A stretch of DNA of 32,000 nt, taken from positions 840,001 to 872,000 of the forward strand of contig NZ_OZ239769.1 of the NCBI RefSeq assembly GCF_965196625.1. Direction: 5' to 3'. The position numbers and the translations under genes are program-made. The notes beneath the pieces are model-generated. The model searched no databases, had not been told where the DNA came from, and saw only the letters and a list, made by a program, of their open reading frames with translations. Each line of letters opens with the position of its first letter. Position 1 is the stretch's first letter. Shown piece after piece: positions 8,842 through 17,277 of the stretch. This DNA comes from Candidatus Saccharimonadota bacterium (lineage in GTDB: Bacteria; Bacteroidota; Bacteroidia; Cytophagales; Amoebophilaceae).

Positions 8842-9981
8842 TTAACGTGTAAGTTTAATGAACACTTCCGGCTTTGGTGGTACTTTTGGTTTCTTTAATG
8901 CCTTTCTAGTATCTACATTATTGTTACTAGATACCGCAAGAGGTTTTGGTAGCAGGTTTGGTTTTGGGCTAGATTTAGCCTCTGCATCAGGCATCTTAGT
9001 TTGGAGCAAACTCTCCTCTGAATGGCTATTGTTAGAATCTAATGAAACATACCCTGAGCTATCTGAACTAGATGAATCTAGATGTGGTGAAGGTGATGTT
9101 ATACTTGATTTAGGCTCAAACTGGGAAAGTGTTGGACTAGATCCATGACATATCTTATTGCCTTGCTCAGCACCCTTTTCAGGAGAAAACGCTTGTTTTT
9201 TTCTTTGTGCTAACTGTTCTTCCGTACTAGATGTGTTAGATGTATCACTAAATTGGTTTAGTAGGTTTATGGTTCTTTTTTTGCTTTGTAGTGACCAAGG
9301 TGTGTTTTTAGGTAGAATCTCCTCTGAAGAGCTGCTTTCGTGAGATAAATTAGATGAACTACAAGAAGAGGTTTTGCTTGATCTAAGGTTAGTAAAGCGC
9401 TGTTTTAATTCCTTATTGATCTCTTCTTGGGGTGAGTTACCTGTTAAACCGTTATTGTTAAGAGATAAAGAGGATAAAGTAGAAGACGACTTTTTGAACT
9501 TGAGTGGTTCTTTAGGTAGCCACAGTGGTGATAGAGGAAGAGGAGGAGGTGGTGAAGATGGAGATGGGCATACAGATACTTGATTAAATCCTTTTAATCG
9601 TATATTAGATTCCATTAAGTTTTCATTATTTTGTTGCAAGGTCTCAATCAATTCCTCGCATGTTTTTGATGTAATTTCTGAGCTTTGGTTCAAAATTTTT
9701 AATTTCTCTATAGTGGCTTCATTGTTCTTTATAATAATATCATTCTCTTCAGGAGTAGGCGGTATCCCTATTCCACTACAAGCATTATTACTATCCCCAT
9801 CCAAACTATCTCCTGGTGCATTACTGATCATTGATCTTCTAATACTGCTGCCTGACTGCAACATTTCCAAACGATTAGATCCGCTGCAACCTGTTTGAGT
9901 GATAAGTAAAAGTGTACCAACTGTTGGAAATATTGTTTTTGACAAGATAAAACCCTTGCGAATCGATTTATTTATGTTCAT
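8842..9981 (-). CDS. Ser/Pro-rich, largely low-complexity protein with an N-terminal signal peptide / possible lipobox and polyproline motifs. Function unknown.
   Basis: 379-aa uninterrupted ORF. N-terminus MNINKSIRKGFILSKTIFPTVGTLLLITQTGCSGS (basic n-region, hydrophobic core, Cys). Short coiled-coil-like segment ATIEKLKILNQ...EELIETLQQNNENLMESNIRLK. Then PSPSSPPPPLPLSPLWLPKEP, long Ser-rich tracts, and C-terminal KSSPKPNLLPKPLAV...KKPKVPPKPEV. Confidence 0.7.
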   Translation of the reverse strand: MNINKSIRKGFILSKTIFPTVGTLLLITQTGCSGSNRLEMLQSGSSIRRSMISNAPGDSLDGDSNNACSGIGIPPTPEENDIIIKNNEATIEKLKILNQSSEITSKTCEELIETLQQNNENLMESNIRLKGFNQVSVCPSPSSPPPPLPLSPLWLPKEPLKFKKSSSTLSSLSLNNNGLTGNSPQEEINKELKQRFTNLRSSKTSSCSSSNLSHESSSSEEILPKNTPWSLQSKKRTINLLNQFSDTSNTSSTEEQLAQRKKQAFSPEKGAEQGNKICHGSSPTLSQFEPKSSITSPSPHLDSSSSDSSGYVSLDSNNSHSEESLLQTKMPDAEAKSSPKPNLLPKPLAVSSNNNVDTRKALKKPKVPPKPEVFIKLTR

Positions 9982-10433
9982 AAATATAGGTGGTTTCCAT
10001 ATTATAACTTAACATAAGCCCATGAATAAAATAAGGATAGAATACAGGCATAAGATACAGTTAATGCTAAGGCTATCACTTAGTGCATGAATCTGGCTAT
10101 GCTATTAGCTATCATTATGATACATAAACAGACTGACTTGTAATGCAATTTTACTAAAAAATATTACTAATTCCAAGAAGTTTTTTTCCAATTGCAGTAT
10201 AATTACTGTTATGCTAGCTTCATCAGAACTATTATTAAAAAAAAATTTCTGAGTTTTCCTTGCCAGATCTAAGGCTTGGCCATAGTCACCCGATTGTTCA
10301 CATGCATAAATGCGTTTTTTAGCGTCTTGTACGTCGTTTGATGGATTAAACATAGATTGTTAATATTATTTTTGATTTTAGTTAAAAAGAGTGGGGTGGA
10401 ACGTCCACGATTGTGAATGACCAACTGAACCAA

Positions 10434-11561
10434 TTAAGATTCAGATGGATAAGAATCAGCGTTGCATTTAACCAAGTCAAGGACTACTTCAACAATCTTA
10501 TCTTGTGCATTCGCATGCAATGCAGCAAAAGGCTCCATGCGTTTGACGAGTTCTAATTGTTGTGCCTCATCATTTAATAATTCTATTACTTTAGGGATCA
10601 GCAAAAAAGGACATTCTTGATCTGTAATATGTATAACTGCGCCTTGATCAGCCAATGGTAAACTATTCTTGGTTTGATGGTCCGCTACTACATTCGATGA
10701 GGGCACTAAAATAGTCGGTTTTCTCCTTACACAAAGCTCTGCAATAGATAAAGCGCCAGCTCTAGAAATAACAATATCCGCAGCCGCATAAGCCATTTCC
10801 ATATTGCTTAAAAAGCCATAGCACTTTATATAACGATAGTCCTTCATTGCCTTTTTAATAGGCTCAAAATAGCGCTGACCCGTTACCCATATCACCTGTA
10901 TATCCAAGGAAGACAATTGTTCCTTCCATTCTAGCATAGTTGTATTCAATGCGCTAGCGCCTCCGCTTCCACCAACTACGAGTAAGCATTTTTTATTCTG
11001 AAAAGCAGAAAAACTAAAATACTCAAGCGCGTCCATTCGATCTTCTCGAAAGGTAGAGAGCGATCTACGTATGGGATTACCCGTAAATATGATTTTTTCT
11101 TTTACACAAGGGAAAAAAACATCTGGATAACCTGTACAAACCTTGCTCACCAACCTGGAAAGCAATTTATTGGTTAGCCCAGCAACACTATTTTGTTCTT
11201 GAATAAGGGTAGGAATCTTTTGCATAGAAGCTACAAGCAGCGTAGGAAAAGAAGCATAGCCCCCTGTACCAATCACGACATCGGGCTTAAATGATTTAAT
11301 AATACACTTTGCTTGATATAGACTTTTTAAAAGAAGAAAAGGCAATAATAGATTTTTAATAATCTTTTTTCTTTGCAAGCCTCTTATACTAATCCGCATA
11401 ATCGGATAGCCAGCAGCAACTACTAAACCTACTTCCTTACCACCTTTTGTACCCACAAACAAAAACGTTGCATCAGGAAACTGTTGCTTAATGCCATCAG
11501 CAATGGCTATAGCAGGATAAATATGCCCCCCCGTACCTCCACAACCTATCAAAACACGCAT
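10434..11561 (-). CDS. murG: UDP-N-acetylglucosamine--N-acetylmuramyl-(pentapeptide) pyrophosphoryl-undecaprenol GlcNAc transferase
   Basis: N-terminal MRVLIGCGGTGGHIYPAIAIA glycine-rich motif, 375 aa, and the C-terminal ISRAGALSIAEL...PTILVPS...DHQTKN pattern characteristic of MurG. Confidence 0.9.
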   Translation of the reverse strand: MRVLIGCGGTGGHIYPAIAIADGIKQQFPDATFLFVGTKGGKEVGLVVAAGYPIMRISIRGLQRKKIIKNLLLPFLLLKSLYQAKCIIKSFKPDVVIGTGGYASFPTLLVASMQKIPTLIQEQNSVAGLTNKLLSRLVSKVCTGYPDVFFPCVKEKIIFTGNPIRRSLSTFREDRMDALEYFSFSAFQNKKCLLVVGGSGGASALNTTMLEWKEQLSSLDIQVIWVTGQRYFEPIKKAMKDYRYIKCYGFLSNMEMAYAAADIVISRAGALSIAELCVRRKPTILVPSSNVVADHQTKNSLPLADQGAVIHITDQECPFLLIPKVIELLNDEAQQLELVKRMEPFAALHANAQDKIVEVVLDLVKCNADSYPSES

Positions 11562-11576
11562 AAATGTTATAATGAA

Positions 11577-12161
11577 TTAGCTCCCTAAGACCGCTTCCTG
11601 CTTTATATCTACTGTTCCATTGGGAGCAGTAATCGTATACTTGGTTAAATCCTTTGTAGCACGCAATTCACTCCCTTTTAATATATTCTCTTTGTCTTTT
11701 ATTACAATGGGTACCTCTGTAAATAGGGTTTCTTTTTTCATATCATACCACAATTGTTCGGTATGGATAGTTAATTGTTGCTTTGGCTTGCTAACCATAA
11801 CATTGCCTGCTATCATACAAAGGTCCTCTTCCTTATTATAAGAGAGCCTATCCGCTTGAATACGGATAGGTTTTTCCTCTTTATCCGCTTTATTGTCGAA
11901 TAAAAAGATTTCTATACCACCTGATAAGCTTACATTTCCATTTTCATACTGACGCATTTGATAGGCCTTAATGGTCAAACGTAGATGACCACCATCTGTA
12001 CCCAATAGCTCAAATTGCGTAGTTTCTAATAGAGGAATCTCTTCTTGAAAATCCTTTTCAGCATATAGTGGTATCCACCACCCCATGATGACAAAGTAAA
12101 ATAGCCCTATAAAGCAATTGAACCTATCCATAAACTTAAAAAAGAGGTTTGGTCTAATCAT
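11577..12161 (-). CDS. lptC: LptC-family periplasmic LPS-export protein (probable)
   Basis: 194 aa. One N-terminal TM helix (FIGLFYFVIMGWWIPLY) followed by a beta-rich body. It shows the LptC-like pattern IRIQADRLSYNKEEDLCMIAGNVMV...TEQLWYDMKKETLFTEVPIVI...ILKGSELRATKDLTKYTI. Assignment rests on the pattern only. Confidence 0.5.
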   Translation of the reverse strand: MIRPNLFFKFMDRFNCFIGLFYFVIMGWWIPLYAEKDFQEEIPLLETTQFELLGTDGGHLRLTIKAYQMRQYENGNVSLSGGIEIFLFDNKADKEEKPIRIQADRLSYNKEEDLCMIAGNVMVSKPKQQLTIHTEQLWYDMKKETLFTEVPIVIKDKENILKGSELRATKDLTKYTITAPNGTVDIKQEAVLGS

Positions 12162-12211
12162 TGTACGTAAGGATAATATATATTATAGTTATCAAAAAAA
12201 CGTACTAACGC

Positions 12212-13786
12212 TTATTTTTCTGGAGAGGAGGTATTACCCAATTCAACTGCCAAATGGCTAATAACCCCTTTATGGGGCTCCATAACTTTTATCAGAACAG
12301 GCTCTGTGGTACACCGAATCATTTCAGCTAAACTGGCTATATTCACAACAGGTTGTTTATCAAAAGCTAGTAAGATATAACCCTTTTTAAGGCCAGCAAG
12401 TTGAAACTTTCCATTAGAAATTTCTTGAACCAACACCCCTCCAGCAAGCTTAAGCTTCGCTTTTGTTTGCAGATCAAGATTCTGAAATATAGCCCCTTCT
12501 ACCTTAAGTGTATTATCTTTTTGTACCATTTGTATGGCATCAGGTTGTTTTTCCAATAATACATTTAGGACCTTCTCTTTCCCCTTACGATATAAAGTAA
12601 TCGCTACCCGATCACCCGGTTTACAACAAGTTATTATTTCTTGTAACTCTGAAGTTTTATTAACCTTACGGCCATTGATTTGGGTAATCACATCTTCTTT
12701 TTGCAATAATTTTGCACAAGGGCTATTGTTTTGAACGGAATTGATATAGACACCACTAATTACTTTTAAATTTAATTTTTTGGCCAATTCAGCATTGACA
12801 TTCTGAACGGTTACACCCAATAACACCCGTTGTACTACACCATACTCCATTAAATCATCCGCTACTCTTTTTACCAAAGAAGAAGGTATGGCAAAACCAT
12901 ATCCTATAAAGGAAGCCGATCTTGAAGCATAAATAGCCGTATTAATGCCTACTAACTCACCATATACATTAACCAATGCACCACCACTATTGCCTGGATT
13001 GATGGCTGCATCGGTTTGAATAAAAGATTGGATGCTTAATTTCCCGGATTTTCTAGCTTCAGGATGATCTAGACATCTACATTTAGCACTTACAATACCT
13101 TTGGTAACTGTAGAGTGCAGGTTAAAAGGATTGCCCACTGCTAAAACCCACTCCCCTACCTCTAACTTGTCAGAACTACCTACGACTAAAACAGGCAGAT
13201 TAGATGCGTCAATTTTTAAAAGTGCTAAGTCGGTGCAAGGATCGGAACCAACTAGTTTTGCTTTAAAAGATCGACTACCATTTATATCATTTAAGGTTAC
13301 TTCTATTTGATCAGCGCCCTCCACCACATGGTTGTTGGTAATAATGTATCCATCACTTTTATAAATAACCCCAGAACCAGAAGTTTCTTGGGCAGGTCGT
13401 TCATATTCTCTAGGGATTGCACCCTCTCCAAAAAATTCTTTAAACAACTGCTCTAAAGGGCTAGTGGATTCTCGTTTGATCAATTTAGGATTCTGAGATG
13501 CCTTTATATGCACCACGGCTGGTGTAGCTATTTTAGCTGCATAGGTAAAATCGGGTAGCTTTGGTTGTAAAGGCTTCCCTTCTGGTGGTAATACAGGTTC
13601 CTGCAATGGTTGACTCGGTTTCACGAAATCAACCTGCTGCACATGAGCAGTAGGGGCTAAAAAATTTTTTTCACTTTGTGCATAGGGGTGAATCAACCAT
13701 AGCAATAAACCAAATGCAACAAGGATAGCAGCACTACACACCTTTTTAACTACAACTTGTTTATTAAATTGTTCGTACATAGCCAT
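12212..13786 (-). CDS. htrA: HtrA/DegP/DegQ-family periplasmic serine endoprotease with two PDZ domains
   Basis: Catalytic triad contexts ITNNHVV (His), DLALLKI (Asp) and GNSGGALVN (Ser). N-terminal signal/TM. A ~200-aa C-terminal region is consistent with tandem PDZ domains. Confidence 0.9.
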   Translation of the reverse strand: MAMYEQFNKQVVVKKVCSAAILVAFGLLLWLIHPYAQSEKNFLAPTAHVQQVDFVKPSQPLQEPVLPPEGKPLQPKLPDFTYAAKIATPAVVHIKASQNPKLIKRESTSPLEQLFKEFFGEGAIPREYERPAQETSGSGVIYKSDGYIITNNHVVEGADQIEVTLNDINGSRSFKAKLVGSDPCTDLALLKIDASNLPVLVVGSSDKLEVGEWVLAVGNPFNLHSTVTKGIVSAKCRCLDHPEARKSGKLSIQSFIQTDAAINPGNSGGALVNVYGELVGINTAIYASRSASFIGYGFAIPSSLVKRVADDLMEYGVVQRVLLGVTVQNVNAELAKKLNLKVISGVYINSVQNNSPCAKLLQKEDVITQINGRKVNKTSELQEIITCCKPGDRVAITLYRKGKEKVLNVLLEKQPDAIQMVQKDNTLKVEGAIFQNLDLQTKAKLKLAGGVLVQEISNGKFQLAGLKKGYILLAFDKQPVVNIASLAEMIRCTTEPVLIKVMEPHKGVISHLAVELGNTSSPEK

Positions 13787-13931
13787 TTTATTTTTGTATT
13801 TTTACAGTGATCATTTCCTTAATGAACCCCAACGGGGCGTTGCGCGTGTACCATTGGTATACTTAGTATGAAAACCTATGCGCACAAGCACGTTAGCAAA
13901 TATCTAAAATACTTTTCATATATATACAAAG

Positions 13932-15422
13932 ATGCATCAAATATTACGGATCTACAACAGCTTAACCAGGCAAAAAGAAGTTTTTCAGCCACTTAGACCG
14001 CCTTTTGTAGGCATCTATCTATGTGGCCCGACGGTTTATGGGAAAGCACATCTAGGCCATGCACGTGCGGCGATTACCTTTGATATCATTTTTCGTTATT
14101 TACAACATTTGAACTATACCGTTCGTTATGTACGGAATATTACTGATGTGGGCCATCTGGAGAGGGATTTGGACGAAGGCAATGACAAAATAGCGCAACA
14201 AGCTAAGCTAGAGCAGGTAAGCCCTATGGAGGTGGCACAGCGCTACACGAACCACTATCGGAAAAACATGGAACAGCTTAATGTATTACCTCCTAGCATT
14301 GAGCCTTGTGCAAGCGGACATATCCTGGAACAGATTGAAATGATTGAAAGGATTATTGAAAATGGATTGGCCTATGTAATAGATGGATCTGTCTATTTTG
14401 ATGTAGCCAAATACAACCAAATGTATGATTATGGTAAGCTTTCAGGAAGGACTATAGAAGCTACGCGTTCAGGAACACGTGCATTGGCCAAACAAGCAGA
14501 TAAAAAAGAACGAGTAGATTTTGCTTTATGGAAAAAAGCAACCCCGGTGCATATAATGCATTGGCCCTCTCCCTGGGGGAAAGGTTTTCCTGGATGGCAC
14601 ATAGAATGTTCTGCTATGTCTACGAAATATTTAGGCAAACAATTTGATATTCACGGGGGGGGTATGGACTTACGTTTTCCACACCATGAATGTGAAATCG
14701 CACAAGCACAAGCTGCCTTGCAAACAGATTTGGCTACCTATTGGGTTCATAATAATTTAGTTACAATTGATGGCGTAAAAATGGGTAAATCATTGGGTAA
14801 CTTTATTACATTAGATGCGCTTTTTTCAGGAAGCCATCCGGTCCTAGACCAGCCTTACAGCCCTATGGCATTGCGATTTTTTATGTTACAGGCGCACTAT
14901 AGAAGTACGCTGTCTGTTACGATAGGGGGTTTAAAAGCAGCGCACCAGGGCTATCGTAAGTTAATGAATGGCCTGCATCTGTTGGCTACAGGGCACCAAG
15001 AAACAGCCGAAGCTTCCGCAACAAGTGGTGGATTAGATGAAGCCATTTATGCAGATTGTGCAGCTTGCTATAGTGCTATGAATGACGATTTTAATACGGC
15101 AAAGGTTTTGGCAAGTTTATTTAACTTGCTAAAAAGAATAAATGGATGGTACAATGGCACATTGGATCATGAATTGATTTCAACAGCTGCATTCAACCAA
15201 TTGCGTAATACCTATACTACCTTTATGGTAGATCTATTGGGCTTAAAAGAGGAGCACCCACCCGCTATGGATCAAACGCTAGAAATCGTACGAACCATTT
15301 ACCAAGCAGCTAAAGCAGAAAAACGCTACGATCAAATTGATTGTATACGTAATGCACTCCATAAAATGGGCGTTGCGATAAAGGACCATCCAAATGGTGT
15401 GCATTGGGAATATCTTACGTAA
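13932..15422 (+). CDS. cysS: Cysteine--tRNA ligase
   Basis: Class I signatures: CGPTVYGKAHLGHAR (HIGH-type), KMGKSLGN (KMSKS-type), and the CysS-specific WPSPWGKGFPGWHIECS zinc-site region. Confidence 0.95.
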   Translation: MHQILRIYNSLTRQKEVFQPLRPPFVGIYLCGPTVYGKAHLGHARAAITFDIIFRYLQHLNYTVRYVRNITDVGHLERDLDEGNDKIAQQAKLEQVSPMEVAQRYTNHYRKNMEQLNVLPPSIEPCASGHILEQIEMIERIIENGLAYVIDGSVYFDVAKYNQMYDYGKLSGRTIEATRSGTRALAKQADKKERVDFALWKKATPVHIMHWPSPWGKGFPGWHIECSAMSTKYLGKQFDIHGGGMDLRFPHHECEIAQAQAALQTDLATYWVHNNLVTIDGVKMGKSLGNFITLDALFSGSHPVLDQPYSPMALRFFMLQAHYRSTLSVTIGGLKAAHQGYRKLMNGLHLLATGHQETAEASATSGGLDEAIYADCAACYSAMNDDFNTAKVLASLFNLLKRINGWYNGTLDHELISTAAFNQLRNTYTTFMVDLLGLKEEHPPAMDQTLEIVRTIYQAAKAEKRYDQIDCIRNALHKMGVAIKDHPNGVHWEYLT

Positions 15423-16689
15423 ACGGATACTGCGCTATATTATCGACAAAAGAGGCTAATTCCTTGGCCAAATATTTTAAAAATCCTCCTCCTATCGCCC
15501 CATCTATAATCCGGTGGTCATAGGTATGAGATAAGAAAAGCTCATCGCGAATGGCTATCGTTTCTTTGCCATGCACATAGACCACAGCAGGGCGTTTTTC
15601 AATAAGGCCTAATGCAAGAATAGCTACCTGCGGCTGCACAATAATAGGGGTTCCCATAAGATTGTCAAAACAACCAATATTAGAAACGGTATAACTGGCA
15701 CCGCTTAATGCATCTGGCGTAATGGTGCCACTGCGTGCCTGATGGATTAACGCATCGATCTGGCAGGCCAATGTAGCCAAGCCAAGCTGCTCGACTTGCT
15801 GCACTACAGGAACCAATACATTACCATCCGAGAGCGCTACGGCAAAGCCTATATTAATATGTTTTCGTTGAATGATTTGGTCGCCCACCACTACCGCATT
15901 CAGTATAGGAAACCGCTGCAAAACACGCGCAATAACTGCCATAAAAATAGGATTATAGGTCAACTTAGCGCCATATTTTGCTTCAAAAGAAAGCTTATAC
16001 TGATTTCTCCAAGCAACAAGCGCCGTTACATCTGCACGTATAAAAGAGGTAACATGCGGTGCAATTTTTTTAGATGCAACCATACGATCTGCAATGAGTT
16101 TTCGAACACGATCCATTTTGACCACCTCATCTCCCGCTAGGGGGGCAACCGTTTCAGAAAATAAATGGCGTTCAGAAACCTGCGTCGGTACACGCTTGCT
16201 TAAATAAGCCAAAAGCACCTCTTTGGTAACCCGATTGTCTCGGGCATACGCAGCCAATCGCTCTAATTCATCTGGCGGAATAGCATGTTCTTGTGCAATA
16301 TGTTTGGCCAAAGGGGTTAATTTTATCTTGGCAAAATCGGGCAAAGGGGAAGGTATAGCCCCTAGATGATCGGGTGACGTAGGAGCTGCCACCGTAGGCT
16401 TTAACCCTACAAAAGAAACGCCATCGGCTCCAGATAAGACAGCCCTATTTTCTACTTCTAACAAAGCAATAGGCGCCCCAATGGCTACCACCTCTCCGCT
16501 TTTTACCAATAATTTTTGAATCTTACCAGTGTAAGCGGCAGGAATCTCTGCATCAACTTTATCTGTAGCAACCTCTAATAGAGGCGCACCTTCCACAACT
16601 GCTTCTCCCTCACTTACACACCAATGCAATACTACAGCTTCCATCACACTTTCACCCATCTTAGGCAAATAAAGCGTTATTAAAGACAT
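15415..16689 (-). CDS. Dihydrolipoyllysine-residue acyltransferase (E2 component of a 2-oxoacid dehydrogenase complex; PDH/BCKDH-like rather than SucB-like)
   Basis: Lipoyl domain with EVATDKVDAEIPA (lipoyl-Lys). Peripheral subunit-binding segment LTPLAKHIAQEHAI. Catalytic domain ending LSHTYDHRIIDGAIGGGFL. It overlaps the cysS 3' end by 8 bp, convergently. Confidence 0.9.
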   Translation of the reverse strand: MSLITLYLPKMGESVMEAVVLHWCVSEGEAVVEGAPLLEVATDKVDAEIPAAYTGKIQKLLVKSGEVVAIGAPIALLEVENRAVLSGADGVSFVGLKPTVAAPTSPDHLGAIPSPLPDFAKIKLTPLAKHIAQEHAIPPDELERLAAYARDNRVTKEVLLAYLSKRVPTQVSERHLFSETVAPLAGDEVVKMDRVRKLIADRMVASKKIAPHVTSFIRADVTALVAWRNQYKLSFEAKYGAKLTYNPIFMAVIARVLQRFPILNAVVVGDQIIQRKHINIGFAVALSDGNVLVPVVQQVEQLGLATLACQIDALIHQARSGTITPDALSGASYTVSNIGCFDNLMGTPIIVQPQVAILALGLIEKRPAVVYVHGKETIAIRDELFLSHTYDHRIIDGAIGGGFLKYLAKELASFVDNIAQYPFT

Positions 16690-16755
16690 ATCAACCCTTC
16701 TTAAAAATTTGAACCACTGCCATTAGCCTGTTGGACTAGGATCGGTAGTGAAATC

Positions 16756-17205
16756 TTATGACACATCTTTTTTAACTTTTAAAAAAGCTAGATATTTATC
16801 CAACTGACTACATTTTTCCTTGAGCTGTTTTTTATTTTGGCCATCTGGTAGATTTTCTATAGCTTTTTTTAATGTGCTTAATCTTGCATCAATCTCACTC
16901 AACATGCTTTGTGCGACTGGATACCTTGTAAGCTTTAGCCATTGCTCTAGCCTGTCTTTTACCTCTGAAAATAATTTACATGCTGCTGGGAGATTCTTTT
17001 TACAAGATGGTCCCTCAACGTTTTTGCTATCATCTACCACTGGTTCTCTATCTGTAATCCAGGCATATATACGATCGAGGTCATTCAACAACTCTTGACC
17101 TAAAACCACCACACTGTCCTTTTTATAGCCACATGAAGCAAAAAGTAAACTAAAAATGAATAAAAAAGTCCAGTGTCTCATTAAATAAAATAGTCTTACT
17201 ATCAT
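16756..17205 (-). CDS. Hypothetical small lipoprotein
   Basis: 149-aa ORF with signal peptide and lipobox FIFSLLFASCGYKK. The remainder is helical and charged. No family recognised. Confidence 0.5.
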   Translation of the reverse strand: MIVRLFYLMRHWTFLFIFSLLFASCGYKKDSVVVLGQELLNDLDRIYAWITDREPVVDDSKNVEGPSCKKNLPAACKLFSEVKDRLEQWLKLTRYPVAQSMLSEIDARLSTLKKAIENLPDGQNKKQLKEKCSQLDKYLAFLKVKKDVS

Positions 17206-17277
17206 TTTAAATAGTACTTAAGGCAAGCAAAAAAAAATTAAACACCGTGGCATAGACAGCCTATGGTAGAAGTACGC

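Noticed and set aside
8858-9898. Four + strand ORFs (8858..9148, 9158..9343, 9374..9583, 9713..9898) antisense to the Ser/Pro-rich gene
   Set aside because: All lie inside the single uninterrupted 379-aa minus-strand ORF. Their translations are low-complexity mirror images (Gly/Leu/Phe-rich) created by the biased codon content. There is no independent evidence for them.
10105-10353. 82-aa minus-strand ORF with a TPR-like snippet (GDYGQALDLARKTQKF)
   Set aside because: Only one helix-pair-like segment is present. The C-terminal half looks like random hydrophobic read-through. This is too little to call a gene or a TPR pseudogene.
10396-10408. GTGGA-ACG-TCCAC hairpin ~25 nt downstream of murG, followed on the minus strand by CCCACTCTTTTT
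   Set aside because: The stem is only 5 bp and the T-run is displaced. This is too weak to annotate as a terminator.
13789-13796. TATTTTTG (-7-like box) on the + strand in the htrA/cysS divergent region, and TATGTTTG at 25806-25813 upstream of acs
   Set aside because: Both match TAnnTTTG, but neither has a TTTG -33 element at 19-21 nt spacing. The octamer is expected to occur by chance in AT-rich DNA.
15415-16689. E2 gene seemed GC-richer than its surroundings, raising possible horizontal transfer
   Set aside because: I hand-counted three 60-nt lines inside the gene and got 37-53% GC, and one murG line gave about 45%, so the E2 range overlaps at least one other core gene. The contrast is with the ~30% GC accessory and intergenic DNA, not with neighbouring housekeeping genes.
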